Assembly (NCBI GenBank): GCA_977017645.1
Contig: OZ360241.1
Location: 61,318,001 to 61,382,000 of the forward strand
Origin: Torpedo marmorata
Lineage: Eukaryota
DNA length: 64,000 nt
Reading direction: 5' to 3'
This document shows positions 1 through 10,700 of the stretch, piece after piece (position 1 is the first letter of the stretch; the number at the start of each line of letters is the position of its first letter). Below the pieces are notes generated by a model, which was given only the letters and a program-made list of their open reading frames with translations, was not told the origin of the DNA and did no database searches. A program made the position numbers and the translations under genes.

Positions 1-777
1 TAATTGCAGTTTACAGAATAAAATTGTTTCATTGTGCACAATGTACAGGAACTGGGACTGGGGTGATCTAATAGAGGTAAGATCATGAAGATTTTACATT
101 GACATTAGGAGATTCAGGTGAGCGGTTGGTGGAAAACTCCTTGAGGCTCCTTATTTTCTTCACCCTGCAGATTTTTGTCTAGTCACCCAATTTCCAGGCC
201 AGAGAATTGTTTGGGTTTGGAGACAAATGAGAAAGGAAGGGCCAATGTAAGTGGAGCAGATTAGTGTTCAGTATAAACATGAATTGGGTCAAAGGCCTGT
301 CTCTGAGCCCTAGGGTTCATGGTTCTTCAGAGCATGCAGATTTTCTTAAGGAGGCCTCTCTGAATCACAAAATTGTATAACAGAGAAGGAGACATCCATG
401 CTGGCTTTTAGAAAGAATCTTTAATTTGTCACAGCCTCTGTGCTTTATGTAGATTTTTCCCTTTCGAGTCTTTATCCGGTTCCATTTGACTATGTTGAAT
501 ATTCATCTGCACCCTTTCAGGGAATGCATCCCAGATCTCAACTGGCTGCGTGAAGAAGAATTCTCCTCCTTTCCCCACTGGTTCCTTTGCCGATTTTCCA
601 TCTCCAACCTCTGGCCGCTGACCTCCTGCCACTGGAAACATTCTTCTTATCTTCTCCAACAGAGTGTTTCATGGTCTCGAACACTCAGATAAATGTCCTC
701 TACTCTGATGAAAACAGTCCCTACTTTAGTCTCTCCAAGTGACAGAAGCCCCTCTGCCCTGGGACTATGTTTGTATA

Positions 778-1156
778 AAAACACCGAAATGCTGGAGGAA
801 CTCAGCTGGTCTTTTCAGCATCCATAAATAGCAAAGATATATTGCCAACATTTCGGGCCTGAGCCCCTCTTCACGGAATAAGCAGAATGAGCCAAAAGCA
901 GGAAATCTGAGAAAAACTTCGGCACTATATCTTTGCTTTTTATGGACGCNNNNNNNNNNNNNNNNNNNNNNNNNNNNNNNNNNNNNNNNNNNNNNNNNNN
1001 NNNNNNNNNNNNNNNNNNNNNNNNNNNNNNNNNNNNNNNNNNNNNNNNNNNNNNNNNNNNNNNNNNNNNNNNNNNNNNNNNGACCTGCTGAGTTTCTCCA
1101 GCATTTCAGTGTGTTTTTACTACAATCACAGCGTCTGCAGACTTTTGTGTTTCACC
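778..1156. mobile_element. Penelope-derived fold-back element spanning the assembly gap
   Basis: Inverted atgctggag.aactcagc / gctgagtttctccagcat arms; 11-bp TSD atgtttgtata (767-777, 1157-1167). Confidence 0.7.
950..1081. other. Assembly gap (132 N)
   Basis: Run of N. Confidence 0.99.
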
Positions 1157-1604
1157 ATGTTTGTATATCCCTTCTGTCTCCCTATTTAAAGCCATGGCAT
1201 TCTTCCTGAACCTGGAATTGGACCCAACCAAACCAACCTATCCAAAATGACAAATGGATTTGACAGAGTCAGTGTTGAGAATCTTGTTTTCTCTGGTCAT
1301 TTGGAGGTGTTGGGACTGAGGTCACTGGCTTTTTGTTGGGTAAGGGTATCAAATTGAGTCAATGGAGTTGACACAGATAAGCCTTAGTCAATTAGTTGGC
1401 AGAACAATGGCCTCATCCTTTATCTGCAGAAGATCAAGACAAACTTTATTCCTCTGTGTAATGTGGAGTTAGTAAAGTGATTTGATGCTTGCTTGGGGGG
1501 GGGTTAGTTTGCTTCTGACAGCTGTAATCCTCACCCAATCGGACTGATAAACGGCCCAATACCTCAGCACCATTCTGACTTCATACCCACGCCTTACTTT
1601 GCAG

Positions 1605-1796
1605 TTTCGATGTTGAGAATGGCCTCTCGGTGGGACGCAGCCCTCTCGACCCACAGGCAAGTCCCAGCTCAGGGCTGGTGCTGCAGCCGAACTTTGCACA
1701 TGGCCAGCGACGGGGATCCTTCCTGTACCGTTCCGACAGCGACTACGATATCTCCCCAAAGAATGTTTCACGGAACTCCTCGATCACGAGCGACAT
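1605..1796 (+). CDS. PDE4C: PDE4C exon, UCR1 N-part ([63 protein letters not shown])
   Basis: tttgcag| acceptor, |gtgagt donor, 192 nt, PDE4 UCR1 translation; this frame is not in the ORF track. Confidence 0.95.
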
Positions 1797-4700
1797 GTGA
1801 GTGATTTTACTTTTGTTTACTCTGTGGCAACTTGGATTAAATCGCTGCTCTAAATCAGAAGCTGCTGAGAAATATGTCTCATTAATGATAGGCTCAGGCC
1901 TTGAGGCCTATTTTATCAGGGCATAAATGGGAAGGCATTACAGGCCTTGCTTTAGATATCTAACTGAGGAGGCTTGGGGGATGGAGGAGTTGGATCCTGA
2001 AGGTCAGCTGTCAACAGGAAGTGACCAAACGGCATAGAGGAATGAAACTAACCTGACTGTATCCAATGGTTTTTGTGCTTTCCTCCAACTACCTGGAACT
2101 AGAAGTAACTACTTCAAGGCTCACTCAAGACAAGCCTTGGCCTCTCGGCGATCAGAGCCTGTCCTTGCCCTGACATTGGGAAAGTAAGTTTGATTTCAAC
2201 CTGCCCAGCCGACCATAGTCTACTAACCGTGAGGCAACACTGCCCCGAGTGTTGGTGTGTGAGACTTGGAGTGAGGGATAGGAATGGGGTTGATTGTGGG
2301 ATAACATCCTGGACCTGTCATATTTGCCCATATTTTAGGGCATTTTAATTTTATTAACCACTATTGTTGTCCTGGACTAACACTCCATGAGGTCATATGT
2401 AACAAGCTGAAATCATCCTACCAACAGACTTTGAACATTTTAGGCTTCACAATTGACACACTTAGTTCCATGGTGGCTACATTACACTCAGGGTTATCCA
2501 TGTAAAATGCACAGCACCGAACAAACTCCATGATAGAACCACTGTGTTCCATGTTAGGCACACACTCCACATTAGTCAGGCACCATGTTGATCTGTTCTG
2601 CGATGGAAACATCGGTGACCATCCTGGCAGCATTCGGGGCAGTAAGCATGCTCTTGTGGGAATGCTGCCCACTTGGTGAGAAAATCTGCATCAAGTGCAC
2701 TTGCCCCTTGATGTTGCCACACCTCAATGCTCCAGCAGCCAGACTGTAGCCCAGATCCCCTGTTGTAAAGGATCTTAACAAAGCTAACACTGGTGGTGAA
2801 GTTGATCTTGGATAAGAAAGGAGCGCCGGGCAATTTCTGCTGATGGCGAATCTTTGTCTGCCTTACGGCAGACTAAAGTCAATTTCATGTTGTATTACAC
2901 CTGTTTTATTACATGACAATAAAGGAAACTTGAAGAAAGGGTGCTGGCAAAACCAGCAGCCAGATTTAAACCACGCAGTTTTCACTTCCAGTGACTTGAT
3001 TTCAAATTTTTGAAGATTTAGATGGACAAGATTTGATTCCTTTGTTCCAAGGATGATTCAAACTCCCCTCAACTCTACACACCAACCAGGCCAGATGGTG
3101 CTCACTTGAGCTCGCTCAGCATCACTCCTGGCACAAGCTTCTTTCTGTCCATCCACCTTAACCACAGAAACCTTCACTCCCTCCCTTGTCGTCACTCGCA
3201 CCCTCACTCCCATTCTTGCTCGTATCCTCCCTTTCCTCACGTGTCCTCATCACCACCCCCCACCACTACCCTGCCCCCCACTCCTCCTGAACATTTGCAA
3301 GGTGAACAAGGAAAGAAATGCTGCCGGAAAAAAATTTGGTCTCACTGGAATGACCCAGCGCTCGACACTCTGGCAGCTCACAGAGTGGTTGGCACAGTTT
3401 TTGTTCGATTCAGTTTGTGCACTCTTACTGTAAGACCAATATGTGTAGTAAGACCAATGTGTGCAGGAGAAGGAAAGGATGATCTCCTGAGGGCTCGGAG
3501 CTACTACCTGCATCGTGCTATGTCATATAGAACAACAGAATCTTAAGTGATCACAGGAGAGGCTTAGAAAAAGCAATTTGAATGAATAGTACTTCATTAG
3601 GGAACGAATCAAATTAATGTGGAACCACATTCCTCCTCACACTCATTCAGCTGTCACATCATGGAACAGCATCTCTACCCCCTCCCCACAGACTGCAGTA
3701 GAACGATATGCCCCCTCCCCACAACTTTTCTTGCAGAAGTGTTGTGCCTTTCTCTGCGCACATTCCCCCTTCCACTCCTGCCTGTGTAGCTGCTGAGCTG
3801 CATCGAAGACTGGTTGGAATCCTTTTGAAGTAAAGATTTTTTTTTTTTAAATGAGGAATTAAAAAAAAAAAGTTTTGCATATCAGAGCATTTAGGAAAGA
3901 GATTTTGTTCTAAGTTAAAACCCACCCGTGGGCAGGGCCTGCACCACAGCCTGTGGATTTGGGACTCATCAGTTGCTGCAACCCATCCACACTGAACCAT
4001 CAAGTAAAACAGGAAAATCTGTAGACACCGTGGATGAAGTTAAAAACACAAATGCTGGAGAAACTCAACAGGTCAAACAGTGTCTTTTATGTAGCATTTT
4101 CTCATACTTTGATGAAGGGCTCAAGCCCGAAACGTCAGTTATGTATCTTTACCTTTGCTACATAAAAGACACTGTTTGACCTGCTGAGTTTCTCTAGCAT
4201 TTTGTGTTTTTTACACGAACCATCACTTTGCTTCAACCATTCAAACACTTAACTGCAGAATTTCTCCAAATATCCTTTTTGTCTTATTCTGATTTTCTTT
4301 TTAAAGCTATTCATTGTTTTTCCTATTTATTTAAACTTTACTGTTTAATCTTACAAAGTTCTGTGCTGCAAGGGGGGAATGTACACTGGTAGAAGCATTT
4401 CCATAGCTTTTCACCTCAGACATTCCTTATACTTCGCGTCTGTGAAGTACTTCCCAAGTGTAGTCAAGGTCTTAGTCTGAGAAACACTTGTGCCAAGTGC
4501 CCTGGCTAATGGCCGCAGTGTCCTGTCCTATAGTGGGACCTAACCTTTGAAGTGCTATGCAACCAGCTGCAATTTCTGGCAAAACCTGTGCTTATATAAA
4601 TGCACTGTGAATGTAGTGAAACAACCCAAGGTATTTCACAGGTGTGTTAGCAAACGAAATTTTGCTCTGAGTCACAAAAGGAGAAATTGGGACAGGTGAC

Positions 4701-7700
4701 CAAACATTTAGTCCCAAAAGAGAGGGGGGGTGGCCGAGGTTGGGGAAAAGTAACCCAGAACTTAAGGCCCAGGCCACCGATGGAGAAGCAATTAAATTTG
4801 GGGATTGGTCAGATAAAAAAATCTCCGACTGAGGAACGCAGCCTTCACACTGTTTGTGGTACTGGATCTAATCGACTGCTCACCATGAGAAAGGGGCTCC
4901 TGGTTTGATTATGAAGCACTGGGAGAGATGATGGTGCAAGTCTGGAAGTGGCACGTGGGCTGACACTAGCTTGGCACTTCAAGAGACTGTTGATCAAAGG
5001 TAGTATAGGAAAGAGAAGGAACAATAGAATATCCCTAGGAAATGTTGAAATAGAGCAGGAGCTGCTTCATTCATGGAGATGAGCTTGGGAACATTTTGCC
5101 AAATATGTGGACAATGTCGTTGATTGGAGATGAAATGACAACAGACCGTTTCTAAAGATGGGTACTAGAAGATGAAACTTTGCGTGAAATTGTGTCACAA
5201 TGCGCATGCCTTATGCAGCAGTGGTTAATCCAGGAATGCTGGTCTACAGTCGAGAGATGCAAGTTCAAATCCCACCCCAGCAGGTATGTTATTTGAATCT
5301 GATGAATTAAATCATCTAGAATTTTTAAACAATGTGACGTGTGTCCTGATGTTGTAAAACCCTCAAGGATCAGAACCTTTAAATTCAGAGGCAAGAATAC
5401 TGCCCACAGGTATTAATCTGAAGGATCGGAAGAGATGTGTAGAGCCCTGAGTTCATCCCAAAGATGAAGCAACTATTGCTCGAGTTCCTGCGGAGTGGCT
5501 AGGAAGAATCAGGTAAGTTAATTGCCCACTGTAAATTGCCCCTAGTATAACGTGAGAGAAATGGAATGAGGTACAGTACTGAAATTGTAACAGTCCCACC
5601 CCTAAATCAAACTTTGAACTGCAGCCTGATTGATGCGTTTGTAAGGGAATACCAACATCTTCTGATTTGCTGAAACTCAGTAAGTTGTCTTCGTTCATTA
5701 TTCGGTTCATTGTAAGTTTGCACCATGTTGAATGTATGGAGGACCTCCGTTCTAACTCTGTAATTCTTTTTGTACTCAGTCACACAGAGGACATGATAGT
5801 GACTCCATTTGCTCAGGTGAGTTGGAAACCTAGGTCCCTATTTGAAAGTCAGAAAGGAAATGTTTCCCACTCTCCATTTCTCATTGTTCCATGCACAGAT
5901 GTTTTTTTCTTCAGCCTCGGGCAGTAGTCCAGTCATGTCCTGTTAGAGAAAGACTTCTATCCCACCTTACAGTACCCCAATGTACCCAGAGATTTACAGA
6001 CAGAGAAGTCCTTTCTGAAATGTGGTCACATTGGCAGCCACATTATACCCAGAAACAGCCGCGTGAGGATAAAGAGAAGGTCTGTTCTTATGACGTTGGC
6101 TCAAGGATAAATATTGAGCCCAGAAACTGAGGATAACATCTCTGTTCTACGTCAGAGCGCTGGTCTACCTGAGCGGGCAGGTATGCCCTTCATTGAATGA
6201 CCTTAAGTGACCACCATTCATAGTGCAGTGATATTTTTGTACACCAAAGGAATTGAAGGGCTTAACCCTATTTGTGACAGATGCAAATCTGAAATTGCTA
6301 CATTGACACATATTTTGGTCTTGTTTATCCTTAGAAAACTATTGGAAAGAAATTTTTAATATCTTTTCAACTACACTCCAGGTGGAGCTACGACCCAATC
6401 CAATAACTGCTCTTTTCGGGGTTATTGACCCAGGCATAGGGAGTTTTTCTGTACCTGTTCAACGGGTTGTGGCCTTCTCTACATTGTTGGCTAGAAGAGC
6501 CATCCTATTCAAATGGAAAGACTCTAGACCTCCAACAGTGTTTCAATGGTTTTCTCATATTATGTCTTGTTTAAGCTTAGAAAAAATTAGATATCATGTA
6601 TTTGATTCATCGGTGAAATTTGAAGATACATGGCGACCTTTTATGTCTTATTTACATATGATGTAAGTGTTTCTAATGTGATTAGATGTATTTACTCTTC
6701 CTTTGTTTTTTGATTTACAGTAGGAACCAAAAATTACAAAATATATATAACCTTCAGGATAAGCTGCTCAGATGTTTTTTGTTAGTTTTTTTTTATTAGA
6801 GTAGGTTAGGTGGGTTTTAAAAATTTATAATACTTTTGATGTTTTTTTTTCATTGTCACCTATTGCAGTGGAGGGGGATCGAATTTATACTGTTTGAAGT
6901 TTTATTTTAATATATATACATACGTGATATTGTATTTTCAATTTCGTTCCCTTTTCTTCATTGTATTGTATTTCTTATAAAGATCAATAAAAAAGATTGA
7001 AAAAGAAAGAAAGAAAAAAAAGGAATTGAAGGGCATGGGATTCAACAACTGGATGCTTGACAGTGAAGAGAATGTGGAGGGATGATGATACTGTTAAAAC
7101 TCTCCCAGGCAGAGACAGCAGGAGTCAGATAGAGAATAAAGCTTCATCCACACTTCCTGCCAAACACTCACAGGGCAGGGACAATATGAATCAGATGCGG
7201 AATTTTCATTCTTTAAACTGACTTCAGGTGGTTTGCTATGTAAGAAGAGATTGAGTAGACAGGGACTAGGTTCTCTGTTCAGAACAATGGGAGACCTTGC
7301 ACTTTGGGAATTCACAAGATCACAAGATATAGGAGCACAAGTCGGCCCATTGGCCCATCGAGTCTTCTCCGCCATTCTAATCATGAGCTGATCCATCCTC
7401 CCACTCAGCCCCACTCCCCGGCTTTCTCCCCATAACCCTTGATGCCCTGGCTAATCAAATACCTGTCAATCTCTGCCTTAAAAACACTCAATGACCTCCT
7501 TTCCACAGCCGCCTGTGGCAACGTTCCACAGACTTGCAGCCCTCTGACCAAAGAAAAATTTCCGCATCTCTGTTTTAAATTAATGCCCTTTTATCCTGAA
7601 GTTGTGCCCTCTTGTCCTAGACTCCCCTACCATGGGAAAAATCCTTGCTACATCTGCTCTGTCCAGACATTTCAGCATTCAAAATGCCTCTATGAGATCC

Positions 7701-10700
7701 CCCTTCATCCTTCTGTACTCAAACGAGTACAATCCAAGAGCCGTCAAATGTTCCTCATATACTAACCATTCCAAATTCTGGCCAGACATATAGAATAAAT
7801 GACAGGGACCTTAGGAGCACTGATACATAGAGAAACCTGGGGATGCAAATCCACAGCTCCCTAAAAGTGGTGACACAGGTGCACAGGCTAGTGAAGAAAG
7901 AATTTGGTATGCTTGCCTTCAGAGTTTGAGGCAGTGAGTATAAGAGTTGGGGCTTCATATTGCAGCTGTACAAAATGTTGATTAAACCACACTTAGAGTA
8001 TTGTGTACAGTTCTGGTAGCCACACTGCAGGAAGGATGCGGTAGCAATAGAGAGAATGCAGACGGTATTAGGCAGGATGTCGCCTCAAGTGGAGGCTGTA
8101 GTTATAAGAAGAGATGGGACATGTTGGGTTTATTCTACTGGAACATGAGTCTGAGGGGTGACCTTCTCAAAGTTTATAAAATGATGAGGGGTACAGATGG
8201 TCAGAATCGTTTTCCTGAAAGACAGCACAGTTTAGAACTAAAGGGATAAAAGGTTTAAGGTGAGGGGTGGGAGTAAATTAGAAGTGATCTGAAAGATATA
8301 TTTTTCACACAGTGGAGGGTGTATAACGAGCTACCAGAGGAGGTGGTGGAGACAGATACAAGTACAATTTCAAAAAAAATATGTGGACAGTTAATTAGAT
8401 AGGAAAGTGTTCGATGGATAAGGGGCCTAAAGTAGGCCAGTGTGATTAGTGATTAGTGATGGTTGACTTGGGTGAAGTGGCCTGAAAGGGCCTGCTTCTC
8501 TGCTTTACAATTCTATGATCTTAGGAGTAGAGTAAATCTCCCTCTACACCAGTGGTTTTCAAACTGCCCCCCTAAACTCACATTCCACCTTAAGCAATCC
8601 CTATGCCATAAGTGCTCTGTGATTGGTAAGGGATTACTTAAGGTGGTATGTGAGTGGGAAGGTTGAGAACCACTGCTCTCGACCCAATTGTTGCTGAAAT
8701 ATTTTGCTTGAGAAAAATTGTCATTGGCCCATTTCCTTTGGAGTTATGAAACCGTGCACATAACGAGTCAATCAGGTATGATTAAAACAGTGGTTTTCAA
8801 ACCTTTTTATTTCCACTCACATACCACCTTAAGCAACCCCTTACTAATCACAGAGCACTTATGGCCTAGGGATTACTTAAGGTGGAATGTGAGTTTAGGG
8901 GAGCAGTTTGAAAACCACTGCTCTACACTGTTACATCAAACAGTCCCAAGGCAGTGTAAAGCTCTCTTTATACTGTTGCATGAAACTCTCCCAAGGCAAA
9001 GGTAACATGGGTTAGAAACAAAGTAAATCAACCTCTATACTGTTCCATCAGATACTGCCAGCACAAAGACAGAATGGGCTAGGGACAGAGTAAAAATCTC
9101 TCCACATTGTCCCATCAAGTATTTTCAGAGCAAGGGCAGCATAAGTTAAATCCAGAATACAATGAATTTAGCCCTAATCTTAAATTGCTCCATTCAACAT
9201 TTTTCACAACCCAGCCATTCCATGACCATGTTATTGAAAGTGATTTCTTAGAGCAATTGAAGGTGATTTATGAATGACACACATGGTCCAAGCAGAGTTA
9301 TAAACTTCCATATTCTTGTCATGTAGAATCTTGATAGACACCTTCAACCTTTGCCAAATGTTGATAAAACAAGTAAAAGGTTAGTATGGATTGCTCGAAT
9401 ATTTTGAATCTATGTGACTATCCAGTTCAAGATTCAGGAGTCTTGGACATTCCCATGAACTTGCCCTAGCTGCACAGTAAAGTTGACTTGTAGTGACCTG
9501 ATCTCCTGGTGGAATTACCCTGCCAGATCCCACACAACCACAAGGTCCTTGCAATCACCAGACGGTAAAAATTAATGATTCTCAAACAAAATAGTCAAAC
9601 AATTTCAACAGATTTGATCTGTCTGTTCACTTGCCAGCAACCCTTTTTGTAGACTTGCGGAATATGAAGATCTGATTCAACAGTAATGGGTTTGTTTAAT
9701 TCTTTCTTGGTAATTATGGGCATCACATGCACAGTCAGCATTTATTGTCTATCACGAGTAGCCTCTTATAAAATGGGTGAAAAAAGGCTTTCTTCTTGAA
9801 CCACACCACCACATGTGGAAGAACTGTTCCATATTACAGTAAAGTGGGGGAGAAACAGCACACACATGATTCCCACGTGGCTGTATTCTGGGGTGATATT
9901 CCATGATTGTGAGAGAAGATTTTCAAAATCTTAGAATGAGAAAGAATGATGAAATGAAAGTGCATGGAAAGATGTCATACTGCCCATTGTTGTTGAGCTG
10001 AGCACCTGTCAGAATCTCCCAATCTGCTGCCCATTCCAACTGTTTCACAGAACGTCCATGTCAGAAAACCTATGTGACACCATTATACCCCACATAAAAT
10101 CAGCCTTACGATTGGTCAAAATTCCTTTTATTAACTGTTCCTACCTACTAGAGAACAATCAATAATTCTACACATAAGCCAATTGTAAGCTCTAAAATTG
10201 GCAGATGACTTCATTTGTAGGTTGCTAAGAAACACGGGCCCTTTATAGCAGAGTTGAACATGCTTAGAAATTACTGCTGCTGTTGCACATCAGAAACACA
10301 TCTATCCACAGCAGTACCCGCACCTGAATCTCAAGTTGAGCCTGAGCCTAAATCAGAGGAGAAGGACTGGCCAGGCAGTGTGTACATACCTTTAGAAATT
10401 ATTGAACCTTCAAAAGGTGTTGTCGCGAAAAAGGTAACTGAGTCGAAAGGAATACTTGATCTTGAATCTGTCCAGATCACAATGTTTGTGCAGGACCTGA
10501 CCCCAAGTGCGTGCAGGTAACTGTTTCCTTGTATGTGGAGTTCTCTTATCCCAAGTCTATTCAGGGACCTTGTCCCAAATCTATGCAGGCCTCTACTCCC
10601 GCATTGGCACCAGAATAGTGTACAGAGAATAGTGTAGTCCTTGCAATCATCAGCACCTTCCGTGATCTCAAAATGTTCCAAAAGGTTTCTCTGCCATTGA

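Noticed and set aside
950-1081. Hidden sequence of interest in the N gap
   Set aside because: Both flanks are near-adjacent parts of one fold-back repeat, so this is probably an assembly artefact.
2811-2860. HDV-like ribozyme suggested by GGCGAAT
   Set aside because: I could not build the P1/P2/P3 pseudoknot; simple hairpins explain the pairing.
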